64,000 bases of DNA from Anaerolineae bacterium (GCA_034432955.1 DAOUBB010000009.1:24347-88346), one strand, 5' to 3'. Counted from the stretch's first letter, positions 45,716 to 55,729 are shown. Translations and numbers: made by a program. The notes: a model not told the origin generated them from the sequence alone.

Positions 45716-48628
45716 TTAAGACTTTTCAGGCACCCTCTCAGGCAGCTTCACCTCTCCGAGCGGGATCGCGCCGTTTGGGATCGGCTGTTGTGCCCCATCG
45801 CGAGCCGGCGCGCGCTGCCCGCTGGTCAGATCGTACATGCCTGCCATCAGCCGATACGGCCGCGAAGCGGCTTCCCTCACGCTCTCAGCGTTGTCCGCCA
45901 AGACCAGCACATGGGTGTCTACGATCACCTCGCCTGGAACCCAGTGATGGGTGGCATATCCGTTCGCGGGGATCGCATCGGATTGTGCCACGATGCGGCC
46001 GGCTTCGTCCACGAGATGCACAAAGACGGCATAACTGTTCGGCGTAGCCGCCATCGCCTGCCAGACCAGGGTCACAGACAACGGCCGGCTCGGATCGGGG
46101 CCCGTGGCCAGCTCGAAGCCGAGCAGGCGCGCCCAATCGCCGATGGTGGCATCCACCTGATTCGACAGTGGGGGCACGTCAAAGCGGCGCGTGGAGGGCT
46201 GTAGCGTGAGCTCGCCCAAGAGCGCGGTCCCTCCGGCCGCGTCCGCCTGCAATTGGTAGCGGCCGGCTGCCATCTCGACCGGCAGGCGCAGGCGCAGGCG
46301 GCGGCAGATCGCCTCGCCGGGGCGCCAGCGCGTCAGCTCCGGCGGAGCCAGTGCGCCGCGCCACAGGGTGATCGCTCGCGGAGGGGCGCTCGCGTCCTCT
46401 CGCAGGCTGAGGGTGAGCAGCTGATCGGCCGCGGACGGGTCTCCGATCCAGTACAGGTCCAATGTCAGCGGTGCGCCGGGCTCCAACGCGTCCGCGTGCA
46501 TCTCGTAGCCCCAGAGCGTCAAGCCTGGGCCCATCCGCTGATGGAGCTCTTGCCGCGGTGACAAAGCGGCAGGCGGATAGGAGAGGAGGGGGAGCACCAC
46601 CTGGCCCACCAATGCCGTATCGCCGGGCGCATCGGCGCGGGGGATGCGCATGACGTTAGCGGCCAGATCGTACCAGCCGGCGACGATGCTAACCTTCCCC
46701 CCGCCGGCACACGGGGCGAGGTCAAGGCGATACCGCTCGATGACCCGATCGCCAGGTGTCCACTGGGAAGTGAGGTAGCCCCCGTTGCCAGGCAACCTGT
46801 CAGCCTGTCCCACCCGCCGGCCGTCGCTATCAAGGAGATGAACGAACGCGGTCAGGCTGCGCTGCATCCGCTGCTCAGCCTGCCAGAAGAGCACGATCTG
46901 GCCGTCGGCCAGTTCGTTTCTCATGCCTACGAGCCTCGGAGCGTCGGCAAAGCGGGCGGTGAGCCGCTCCGTCGGCGCAAGGGTGGACGGCCAGTCCTGT
47001 AGCATCTCGGCTTCCACGGCCACCACCGCCAGCAAGAGCCGCCCATACCGATCCGGGACACGCGTCAGCGTCGCGGCGCCGGCCCATATGGCTGCCAGCC
47101 GTTCCGCATACTCCGCCTGCTCTGCCGGAAAGGCGTAGACTGCGCCGCGGCCCGGCGGCGGCAGCACCACGGTGTCCACCATGTTGTCGAGCCCCAGCGA
47201 TTTGACCTTGCTGCGGCGGGTCAGATAGCGGAGGGTGCCGTGTTCGGCCCACAACTGCGATAGGTAGATTTGGTGATCCTCGCCGAGCGGTTGCAGATAT
47301 GCCCAGGCATCGAGCTTGTCCACGTCATAGGCGTAATAGGTCTCAGGACGTTGCGGGAAGCGCACGAAGTAATCATAGGCCGACAGGCTGCCGCTGATCA
47401 CTAAGATCAGCGCGACCAGGGTGCTGCCCAGCCAGTGATGGCGCTGATTCAGCTCCATCAGCCTGGTCAACCCCAGGCCGACAGCCACGAACAACGCGGG
47501 CAGGGCTGGCAGCGTGCGCGAGAAGTTGGGGGCTGCGTCGCTGAAAACCGACGGGAGAAGCATGACCAGGCTCCACAGCAGAAGCAGGATCAGCGCGTCC
47601 CGGTCGGGATCGTCATGCCGCCACAAGCGCAACAGCCACACGGTCAAGCCCAGCCAGAACGGGATCGAAAGCAGGGGATCGAACACGGGGCGACCGGCCA
47701 GGTTGTGGATCCACTCGCGGTCGCCCTGGACGCTGAACATACCCAGCACACGCCACGCGTTCACCAGCAGCGCGCGCCATGGCGAACCACCGCTCACGTG
47801 ATCGGCGAAGATGGACACCGCGCTGACGTGATTCAGAAAGAGCGCCGGTTGGCGGTAGAAGTAGAGGCCGAGCGGCAGGAAGAGCAGAAACGCGATCAAG
47901 CCGGCCACCAGCAATCCTCCCACAGGGCTTGGCCGGCCCTCCGTCCCCTGGTTGAGCGCGCGCCGAAAAGCGGATAAGCCCCACGTGCGCGGGTGTCCTG
48001 TGGGCGCCGGATTTGGCTTTACCTGATGGCCAGACCATCGCAGCCATAGCGTGTAGCCGAGTAATGTCAAAGGGATGATCCGGCCAGTGGGGTGCGTCCA
48101 CACGCTCAAGCCCAAGAATGCGCCGCTCAGGGCATAGGCCCACAGCCACCCCTGGCGTGCGGCCAGCCAGAAAAAGCCGCAAACGCCGCTGAACAGCAAC
48201 GGCATCAGGATCACCCGAATGCCATAGTGGCTGAAGTGCAGGTGCCAGAAGCTGATCGCCAGAACCAGGCTGGTAAAAGCGGCCACGCGTCGGCTGTCCT
48301 GGCGCAGGAGCACGCGCAACAGCAGATAAGTAGTCGGCACGGTGGCGATGCCGGCCAGAGCCGAGGTCAACCGCAAGGTGTAAACGCTCAGCTCCAGTAG
48401 CGAGGCCAGCCCAGCCTGCAGGTAGGTGTAAAGCACCTCACGCCCGTTGTTGTCCGGCAAGAACAGGGGACGCTCGCCCTGGAGCACTTTGGCGGCATCC
48501 AGCGCGTTGAAAGCCTCATCGAACTGAAAGCCAGGCGGGACGACCCCTAGCTTGTAAAAGCGCAGGATCGCTGCCAGAGTGACGAGCGCGAGCAAGATCG
48601 TCCAGTCACGACGGTTCCAATGGATCAT
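45716..48628 (-). CDS. GT39/GT83 (ArnT/PMT-like) membrane glycosyltransferase, paralog of the preceding gene
   Basis: 970 aa; YKLGVVPPGFQFDEAFNALDA N-terminus, polytopic; C-terminal repeats (LVWQA..VFVHLVDEAGRIVAQSD..P...). Confidence 0.7.
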   Translation of the reverse strand: MIHWNRRDWTILLALVTLAAILRFYKLGVVPPGFQFDEAFNALDAAKVLQGERPLFLPDNNGREVLYTYLQAGLASLLELSVYTLRLTSALAGIATVPTTYLLLRVLLRQDSRRVAAFTSLVLAISFWHLHFSHYGIRVILMPLLFSGVCGFFWLAARQGWLWAYALSGAFLGLSVWTHPTGRIIPLTLLGYTLWLRWSGHQVKPNPAPTGHPRTWGLSAFRRALNQGTEGRPSPVGGLLVAGLIAFLLFLPLGLYFYRQPALFLNHVSAVSIFADHVSGGSPWRALLVNAWRVLGMFSVQGDREWIHNLAGRPVFDPLLSIPFWLGLTVWLLRLWRHDDPDRDALILLLLWSLVMLLPSVFSDAAPNFSRTLPALPALFVAVGLGLTRLMELNQRHHWLGSTLVALILVISGSLSAYDYFVRFPQRPETYYAYDVDKLDAWAYLQPLGEDHQIYLSQLWAEHGTLRYLTRRSKVKSLGLDNMVDTVVLPPPGRGAVYAFPAEQAEYAERLAAIWAGAATLTRVPDRYGRLLLAVVAVEAEMLQDWPSTLAPTERLTARFADAPRLVGMRNELADGQIVLFWQAEQRMQRSLTAFVHLLDSDGRRVGQADRLPGNGGYLTSQWTPGDRVIERYRLDLAPCAGGGKVSIVAGWYDLAANVMRIPRADAPGDTALVGQVVLPLLSYPPAALSPRQELHQRMGPGLTLWGYEMHADALEPGAPLTLDLYWIGDPSAADQLLTLSLREDASAPPRAITLWRGALAPPELTRWRPGEAICRRLRLRLPVEMAAGRYQLQADAAGGTALLGELTLQPSTRRFDVPPLSNQVDATIGDWARLLGFELATGPDPSRPLSVTLVWQAMAATPNSYAVFVHLVDEAGRIVAQSDAIPANGYATHHWVPGEVIVDTHVLVLADNAESVREAASRPYRLMAGMYDLTSGQRAPARDGAQQPIPNGAIPLGEVKLPERVPEKS

Positions 48629-48702
48629 GGAAGAGCATTCCTCGAACAGACGCCTATCGGGATGTCTTTATCTTACTCGCTCTGGGGCAGTTGGCAACTG
48701 CC

Positions 48703-48731
48703 CCGGCCGTGATTGTCAAATCGGACGCTCT
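48703..48731 (+). promoter_or_regulatory. Strong sigma-70-type promoter TTGTCA-N17(TG)-TATACT
   Basis: TTGTCA 48703-48708, TGGTATACT ending 48731; drives a leader of about 190 nt to the NYN-LOTUS-TPR gene; divergent from the GT39 gene. Confidence 0.5.
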
Positions 48732-48924
48732 TTGGTATACTCTACTAGAGCGAAGAAGAGGGGGCGTAGGGCCTGGACCACTGTCGCCCCCTTATCGTTT
48801 GCTTCTCTCCCCCATCTCCCTGCGTGATGACCGGGAGAAGGTGTTGCGAGTTGAGAGGTTCTGCCAAGATCTACCCCAGGTCACGCAAAATGTTCAATCC
48901 CGATGTTCGTCTGCGAGGTCATGT

Positions 48925-51051
48925 ATGCCCAAGGAAAATCATGGTATGGCTCGCTCATTCTCCGAGGGAATGGGCGGGGATGTCGCCTTGTTCATTGATT
49001 GGGAGAACATCAAGAGCAGCCTGTCCGATCGCGGCTTGACGCCCAATGTCTCCTCGCTGCGAGAGACAGCGGAGGGGTTTGGGCGACTGGTGATCGCCCG
49101 GGCGTATGCGGATTGGCAGGATGCCTGGCTGCGCGGCGATCCCCCTAACCTGTACACGGCCGGGATCGAGCCGGTGTACGTGCCCACGCGCGTCTTTGGC
49201 GCGCGCGGCACCATCTTACCTGAGCGGCGCAAAAACAGCGTGGACGTCAAGCTGGCCGCCGACTGCATCGAATGTTGCCACACGTATCCGCATATCAACA
49301 CCTACATCCTGGCATCTGGCGATGGTGACTTCGTGCACGTGGTCAACATCTTGCGGCCATACGGCAAGCGCGTGGTGGTCATCGGCGCCTCGTGGAGCTT
49401 CTCCGCTTACCTGCGGGACAGCGTGGACCAGGTGCTCTACTACGATCGGGACGTGGAGCCGATCAACGTTCCGGCTGCCACTGCGCAAGCGACGGACGGC
49501 AATGGCGAGCTGGATCGCATTTTTGCCCTGATCGTTGAGATCATTCGCGAAGGACGGCTCAAAGATCGAGCGCTTCTCACGTGGATCAAAGATGAGCTGA
49601 TTCAACGCCTGGGAGGGTTCGACCAAACCCGCTACGGCTTCACCAAGTTCAAATCGTTCATGCTGGAAGCCGAACGCCGCGGCTACATCAAAGTGGTCAC
49701 CTATGGCCTGGTGGACTGGGCTTATCTGCCCAGCACCTCGTTCACCATTTCCGATCAGGATCGTCCGCCGGAGAACCACGGGTCTGAGGCTGCGGTCGCG
49801 GCCAACGCCGACACCGAGGAGGCGCAGCGGCTCGCCGATCTGATCCGCTTCGCCCATCACCTGGAGCTGGGCAACGATCACGTCTCCTTCAATTTCCTGC
49901 TCGACGAGATCTTGCGCGCCGGCCTCTGGCGCATGCCGCGCAACCAACTGGCGGATCGCATCAACGACATCATTGATGCGGGCGTGTTCCTGCGGGTGGC
50001 GCATCCCTGGCAAGATCGCGGCACCGGGGAGCCGATCACCATCCGCACGCTCAAGCTCAACCGCCAGCACCCACTGGTCATCGCCGCGCTGGAGCAGGCC
50101 AGCGGCACCCCTGTGGTCGAGCGAGCTCAGACCCTGCCTCGCGATCCAGCGCTGCAACAGGCGTTGGAAGACGTGGCAGCCAACCCCAAGGACCCCGAGG
50201 CATACCTGCAGGTGGCCCGCCGTTATCTCCAGCTTAAGCGATATGACGATGCGCTGGAGTATCAAAAGCAGGCGGTCGCCCTGGCTCCGAACGAGCCCGT
50301 CTACCGCACGTATGTGGCGCGCACGCTCGCCCAGGCCGGCCGCATCGAGGCGGCCGAGGAGTATTGCCAGGAGACGATCGCCCGGTTTCCGGATGATTAC
50401 CGGCCGCGCGCGACCTTAGGCATGATCCTCTACCAGCAGGGGCGCTACGCTGAGGCGATGCCTTACCTGCTGGCCGCGCTCGAGCGCTGCCCCAAGAACT
50501 CGCCTGACTACCTGATGCATGTGACCACGCTGGCCCGCACGTACCGCGATCTGGGAGATGAGGCGGCGATGCGGCGCGTGGTCGAGGAAGGGCTGCGGAT
50601 AGACCCGGAATGCGAAGGGTTGCTGGAGCTGAAACGATGGCTGGAGATGACGCCGAATCAGCGGGAGGCGTTGGCGCTAGCCAAGCAGGCGGCCAGCATG
50701 ATCGGCAAAGAGGGCGAGGAGGAAGAGCTCATCCATTACGCGTCCAGCGCGATTGTGCTGGATCCGGAGATCGGCTATCTCCCCTATTACGCGCTGGGCG
50801 AAGGGTACAAGGCATTGCAGCGCTGGGAGCTAGCCGCCGATGCCCTGGAGAAAGCGGTGCAGCGTTGTGACAACCCCGGCACTTTGCGCATCATCTACAG
50901 CAACCTGCGCAACATCTACGCGCGCCTCAACCGCCCCGATAAGGTGGAAGAGGCTCAGGCCCAGGTGGAACGGTTGACGGCTGAGGTGCATCGCCAGCGG
51001 CGTGCCTCCGCGACCCATGCCGGATCCGGCGGGAACTTATTTGACCGATGA
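48925..51051 (+). CDS. NYN (LabA-like) nuclease domain + OST-HTH/LOTUS domain + TPR-repeat protein
   Basis: NYN motifs (ALFIDWENI, DVKLAADCIE, ILASGDGDFVHVV); LOTUS-like segment (LIQRLGGFDQTRYGFTKFKSFMLEAERRGYIKV); C-terminal TPR repeats. Start at MPKENHG 48925 or MARSF 48946. Confidence 0.7.
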   Translation: MPKENHGMARSFSEGMGGDVALFIDWENIKSSLSDRGLTPNVSSLRETAEGFGRLVIARAYADWQDAWLRGDPPNLYTAGIEPVYVPTRVFGARGTILPERRKNSVDVKLAADCIECCHTYPHINTYILASGDGDFVHVVNILRPYGKRVVVIGASWSFSAYLRDSVDQVLYYDRDVEPINVPAATAQATDGNGELDRIFALIVEIIREGRLKDRALLTWIKDELIQRLGGFDQTRYGFTKFKSFMLEAERRGYIKVVTYGLVDWAYLPSTSFTISDQDRPPENHGSEAAVAANADTEEAQRLADLIRFAHHLELGNDHVSFNFLLDEILRAGLWRMPRNQLADRINDIIDAGVFLRVAHPWQDRGTGEPITIRTLKLNRQHPLVIAALEQASGTPVVERAQTLPRDPALQQALEDVAANPKDPEAYLQVARRYLQLKRYDDALEYQKQAVALAPNEPVYRTYVARTLAQAGRIEAAEEYCQETIARFPDDYRPRATLGMILYQQGRYAEAMPYLLAALERCPKNSPDYLMHVTTLARTYRDLGDEAAMRRVVEEGLRIDPECEGLLELKRWLEMTPNQREALALAKQAASMIGKEGEEEELIHYASSAIVLDPEIGYLPYYALGEGYKALQRWELAADALEKAVQRCDNPGTLRIIYSNLRNIYARLNRPDKVEEAQAQVERLTAEVHRQRRASATHAGSGGNLFDR

Positions 51052-51075
51052 GAAGGGGCGTGCTACTATCGGGCT

Positions 51076-51462
51076 GTGACACGAGGTGGCATCACCATGG
51101 CAGAGGCAGATGCCCTCCTACAGTGTGAGGACGAGCACGCCGACGAGGCCGTGGTCCACGCGGCTATCCGTCACCTGATAGATGACGAGACGGCCAGCCG
51201 CTTGGCTGAGACCTTCCGGGCATTGAGTGACACCACGCGGGTTCGCATTGTCTCGGCGCTGCGCCAGACCGAGTTGTGCGTGGGCGATCTGGCGCGCTGC
51301 CTGAACATGGAACAGTCAGCCGTGTCGCATCAACTGCGGCTGTTGCGCCAACTGCGCCTGGTGCGGGCGCGCCGGCAGGGGCGACACGTCTACTACGCCC
51401 TCGACGATGAGCATATCCACGGCCTGTTTCTGCAGGGACTGGATCACGTGCGACACGGATAA
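51076..51462 (+). CDS. ArsR/SmtB-family metalloregulatory transcriptional repressor
   Basis: ELCVGDLARCLNMEQSAVSHQLRLL HTH signature. Confidence 0.8.
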   Translation: MTRGGITMAEADALLQCEDEHADEAVVHAAIRHLIDDETASRLAETFRALSDTTRVRIVSALRQTELCVGDLARCLNMEQSAVSHQLRLLRQLRLVRARRQGRHVYYALDDEHIHGLFLQGLDHVRHG

Positions 51463-51551
51463 GCGCGGAGGGTGGCCACTGTGGCGCAGGCTTCAGCCTG
51501 CTACGATGCGGGCTGAAGCCCACACCACCCTCAGGCAGCTAAGCGCGGAGG
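51463..51551. repeat. Nested hairpin element flanked by 11-bp direct repeats AAGCGCGGAGG
   Basis: Direct repeat AAGCGCGGAGG at 51461-51471 and 51541-51551 flanks GAGGGTGG...CCACCCTC and GGCTTCAGCC...GGCTGAAGCC nested inverted repeats; related blocks at 26610-26665. Confidence 0.4.
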
Positions 51552-52537
51552 TGGTCTTGAACCGAGGGAAAATCCGCTGCAGCGTGGGGATCACGGCCCA
51601 CAATGAAGAGGCGAACATCGGCGCATTGCTGGACGCGCTGTTGGATCAACATCTGCACGACGTCGAGATCACTGAGATCCTCGTCGTCGCCTCCGGTTGC
51701 ACCGACCGCACGGTGCCCATCGTACAAGAGTATATGGCTCGCGATCCCCGCATCCGCCTCTTTGTGCAGGAGCGGCGTGAGGGAAAGACCTCGGCCGTCA
51801 ACGTGTTCCTTCGGCACGCTCGCGAGGACATCTGCGTCCTGGAAAGCGGGGACACGCTGCCGCGTGAGGACGCGATCGAGCACCTGGTGCGCATGTTTGC
51901 CGACCCGCAGGTGGGCATGACGGGCGCTCACAAGGTGCCACTGAATACCCCCGATCACCTGGTCGGGCTTTTCACGCATCTGCGCCTGCGCATGGAGCAC
52001 GAGCTATGCCTGGACATCCCACGCCTGGGCGAGCTGATCGCCTTCCGCAAGGTGTTCGATCAGATCCCACCGGATGTGGCGATGGACGAGGCATTTGTGG
52101 AGGCGTTGGTCATCCAGCGTGGGCTTCAAGTGCGCTACGCCCCCGACGCCGTGGTCTACAATTCCGGCCCCACTACCATCCGGGAGTTCGTCCGGCAACG
52201 GCGGCGTAACCACGCCGGCCATCTGTACCTGAAGCACAAATACGGCTACAAGGTCTCCAGCATTCAAAACGCCCGCGTCCTCAAGATCGCGCTGCGGGAG
52301 GTGTGGGGCGCGATCCGCCTGCTATACAGCCTGGGGTTGCTGGCCGCGTTGGAGGCGTGGGCGCGTCTATTGGGCTGGTACGACTTCGCCATCAAACGCG
52401 AGCGGCACACCATCTGGGACATGGCCTGGACCCAGAAGACCAACCTGGCCCAGGCGGAGCGCGTGTGGGCCGCGCGCGAGCGTGACCAGGAACCGCTGGC
52501 CAACCCTGTACATGAGGTGAGACCCGTTGAGAGATAA
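51550..52537 (+). CDS. Family 2 glycosyltransferase
   Basis: CSVGITAHNEE...D.D GT2 pattern; start placed at GTG/TTG 51550-51556 after GGAGG rather than ORF start 51407, which would overlap arsR. Confidence 0.7.
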
Positions 52538-53528
52538 GCTGATCACGCTGGCCAAGGCAGGCATCAGCCTGGTGTTGATCGCCTGGGTCTTCAGCCGTGT
52601 GAACCTGGCCGAGGTCGGGCGGATGCTCGCCTCAGCCAACGTGTGGGATCTGCTCCTGGCGCTGGCCCTCTACCTGGGCGCGATCTCGCTGAATGCGGTG
52701 AAGTGGCAGATCCTTCTGCGGGCGCAAGGCATCCGGGTGCCGCTGCGAGCGCTAATCGAGTACACCTTCGTCGGTGTGTTCTTCAATAACTTCCTGCCGG
52801 CTAACGTGGGCGGCGATGTCATGCGCGGCTACGGGCTGGCTCGCTATACCGCACGCCTGGCCGATGCAGCCGTTTCGGTGATCGTGGATCGGGTGGTGGG
52901 GCTGATCGCCTATATGAGCGCGGCTGTAGTGGCTGCGATCGTCGTGGTCAACACGATGGAACGCAATCACGATTTGCAGGCGGTGGAGTATGTGGCCTTG
53001 GCAGCTCTGACAGCCATCGCCGGCGGCTTCGGCGTGCTGCTCAGCCGGCGATTGCGGGCTCTGGTTGGGCGACTGTTTCAATGGTCCTGGCTAGAGCCGC
53101 TGGCTCCCATCTACGGCCGCATTTCCGAGGCGTTCGGCGCGTATCGCTTCCGGTATGGCGCGCTCGGCCAGGCCTTTCTGGTAGCGCTGGGAGGGCTCAT
53201 GCTCAGCAACCTGGTCAACTGGCTGCTGGCGGAATCGCTGGGCGGCGGTATCCCGCTGCTCTACATCTGCCTCTTCAACCCGCTGATCGCCCTGGTGTTG
53301 CTTGTCCCCATCTCCATCGGCGGGATCGGCGTGAACCAGAACGCGTATCCCTTCTTCTTCGGCCTCCTGGGCGTGCCCCGCGGGCTGGCGTTGGCAATGT
53401 CGCTGCTGATGCAGGCCGTGATCATCGTCTCCAGCCTGCCCGGTGGCGCCCTGTGGTGGCGATGGCGAGCATCGGCGATCCAAACCGCTCCCACCCTCGC
53501 CCGATCCCCCTCCGGCGACTCGGTTTGA
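52527..53528 (+). CDS. Flippase-like (UPF0104 / lysyl-PG synthase TM-region) membrane protein
   Basis: 333 aa, 8 TM, FFNNFLPANVGGDVMRGY motif; typical partner of the upstream GT2. Confidence 0.7.
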   Translation: MRDKLITLAKAGISLVLIAWVFSRVNLAEVGRMLASANVWDLLLALALYLGAISLNAVKWQILLRAQGIRVPLRALIEYTFVGVFFNNFLPANVGGDVMRGYGLARYTARLADAAVSVIVDRVVGLIAYMSAAVVAAIVVVNTMERNHDLQAVEYVALAALTAIAGGFGVLLSRRLRALVGRLFQWSWLEPLAPIYGRISEAFGAYRFRYGALGQAFLVALGGLMLSNLVNWLLAESLGGGIPLLYICLFNPLIALVLLVPISIGGIGVNQNAYPFFFGLLGVPRGLALAMSLLMQAVIIVSSLPGGALWWRWRASAIQTAPTLARSPSGDSV

Positions 53529-53542
53529 CCCATCCTACAGAG

Positions 53543-54166
53543 ATGATCCTATCTTCCCCTCCCATCTCCATCGAGGCGGCGCGAGCGCTCTACGAGGGCG
53601 CCGACGCCGCCCATGCCTTTGACCATGTGCTGCGCGTGCTGGCGCTGGCGGAGCGCATCGCTCGCGCTGAGGGGGCAAACCTGGCCGTGGTGCGAACGGC
53701 CGCGTTGCTGCACGACATCGAGCGGCATCGCCCCGATCACCACCTGCGAGGGGCTGAGCGGGCGCGCCAGATCCTGGCGGGATGGCCTGAGCCGTTCGTC
53801 GAAGCGGTGGCCCATGCCATCGCCGCGCATCGCTTCCGGGTAGGGCCGGCGCCGGAGACACTGGAGGCACAGTGCCTGTTCGACGCCGACAAACTGGACG
53901 CGCTAGGCGCGATCGGCGTGGCGCGCGCGTTCGCATACGGGGGTCGCCACGGGCAGCGCCTGTGGGTTCCGCTGGCCAGCGTGGACCCCGATGGCCCCGA
54001 GCCGGCTCCCTCGGAGCACACGCCCGTGCACGAGTTCGTGCGCAAACTGGCTCGATTGCGGGATCGGCTGTACACCCGCACCGCGCGGCAGATCGCCGCC
54101 GACCGTCACGCCTTCATGTGGGCGTTCTATGAGCGGCTGGAAGCGGAGGCGGAGGGTCGGGCGTGA
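53543..54166 (+). CDS. HD-domain phosphohydrolase
   Basis: H...HD...D pattern (AAHAFDHVLRV, LLHDIERH, FDADKLD). Confidence 0.7.
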   Translation: MILSSPPISIEAARALYEGADAAHAFDHVLRVLALAERIARAEGANLAVVRTAALLHDIERHRPDHHLRGAERARQILAGWPEPFVEAVAHAIAAHRFRVGPAPETLEAQCLFDADKLDALGAIGVARAFAYGGRHGQRLWVPLASVDPDGPEPAPSEHTPVHEFVRKLARLRDRLYTRTARQIAADRHAFMWAFYERLEAEAEGRA

Positions 54167-54250
54167 TCCGGCCACCGAAGGGGGATGCCGTCCCTACCAT
54201 AGGGCCTGTCCCGCTGAACTTGATGCGCAAGGGGATGCCGTCTGGGAGGG

Positions 54251-55729
54251 TTGTGTATGGGCGCCGCCCATTCCGTTGGCGCCGCTGGCCGCATCGCCGC
54301 GCCGCAGGTGCTCACCCTCGACCGCGCGGGCGGTGGCCGGCGTCGCCGGCTGTTCGCCATCGGCCTGGACAGCGCCGAGCCGTCGCTGGTGTTTGAGCGC
54401 TGGCGCGCGGAGCTGCCTCACCTCTCGCGTCTAATGGCAGAGGGTGTGTACGGCCGGCTCCGCAGTTGCCATCCGCCCATCACGATCCCGGCCTGGACCT
54501 CCATGCTTGCCAGCAAGGATCCCGGCCAGCTCGGCTTTTACGGCTTCCACAACCGGGCTGATGCCGGTTACGGTCGGATGGCGATCGCCAGCGCCAGCCT
54601 CGTCCGGCACGATCGCGTTTGGGATCTCCTGGGCCGACTGGGGCGGCGCAGCATCCTCGTCGGCGTGCCGCAGACTTACCCGGTGAAGCCGCTCTACGGG
54701 CTGCTGATCAGCGATCTCCTCACCCCCAGCACCCAGGTGCCGTACACCTACCCCGCCGAGCTCCAGCACGAGATCGAGCGCCTGGTCGGCGAGTACGAGT
54801 TCGACGTGCCCGACTTCCGCACGGATGAGAAGGCGCGCCTCCTGCGCGACCTCTATCGCATGACCGAAAAACGGTTCACGGTGATCAGGCACCTGATGCG
54901 CTACAAGCCGTGGGACTTCTTCCTGTTCGTTGAGATCGGCCTGGACCGCGTCCAACATGCCTTCTGGCGCTTCATGGACCCGGCGCATCCCAAGTTCGAG
55001 CCAGGTTCTCCCTTCGCCAACGCGGTGCGCGACTACTATTGCTACCTCGATCGGGAGATCGGCCAACTGCTGGACCTGCTCGACGAGGACGTGGCCGTGC
55101 TGGTGGTCTCCGATCACGGCGCGCAGAGGATGGAAGGCGGCTTCTGCATCAACGAGTGGCTCGTCCGCGAGGGCTATCTGGCGCTCAAGCAGAAGCCTGT
55201 TGGCATCGTGCCCCTGGACCAATGCGAGGTGGACTGGACGAAAACCCGAGCCTGGGCTGCCGGCGGCTACTACGGCCGCGTCTTCCTCAACGTGCAGGGT
55301 CGCGAGCCGCAGGGGGTGATCCCGCCGGAGCGTTACCATCGCGAGCGCGATCTCCTTCAGGCTAAGCTGGAGGCCACCACGGACCACCTGGGGCAGCCCC
55401 TCGGCACCGTGGCGCTGAAGCCGGAGGAGATCTACCGCGAGGTGCGCGGCTTTCCCCCCGATCTCATCGTCTACTTTGGCAACCTTCGCTGGCGATCCGT
55501 CGGCTCCGTAGGCGTCGGTGCCGTCCACACGTTCGAGAACGACCTGGGGCCGGATGAGGCCAACCACGCGCCAGAGGGCATCTTCATCTGGTATGACCCG
55601 CGCCGACCTTTCGGCGGCCGGGAGCTGAGCGGGCTGCACCTGGAGGATGTGGCGCCGACGATGCTGTCCATCCTGGGGATTGAGCCGCCGGCGACGATGG
55701 AAGGGCGCGTCATCCGGGAGGAGCCGTGA
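54251..55729 (+). CDS. Alkaline-phosphatase-superfamily nucleotide pyrophosphatase/phosphodiesterase-like protein
   Basis: RLFAIGLDSAEPS N-terminus, LVVSDHGAQ metal-binding motif. Confidence 0.7.
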   Translation: MCMGAAHSVGAAGRIAAPQVLTLDRAGGGRRRRLFAIGLDSAEPSLVFERWRAELPHLSRLMAEGVYGRLRSCHPPITIPAWTSMLASKDPGQLGFYGFHNRADAGYGRMAIASASLVRHDRVWDLLGRLGRRSILVGVPQTYPVKPLYGLLISDLLTPSTQVPYTYPAELQHEIERLVGEYEFDVPDFRTDEKARLLRDLYRMTEKRFTVIRHLMRYKPWDFFLFVEIGLDRVQHAFWRFMDPAHPKFEPGSPFANAVRDYYCYLDREIGQLLDLLDEDVAVLVVSDHGAQRMEGGFCINEWLVREGYLALKQKPVGIVPLDQCEVDWTKTRAWAAGGYYGRVFLNVQGREPQGVIPPERYHRERDLLQAKLEATTDHLGQPLGTVALKPEEIYREVRGFPPDLIVYFGNLRWRSVGSVGVGAVHTFENDLGPDEANHAPEGIFIWYDPRRPFGGRELSGLHLEDVAPTMLSILGIEPPATMEGRVIREEP

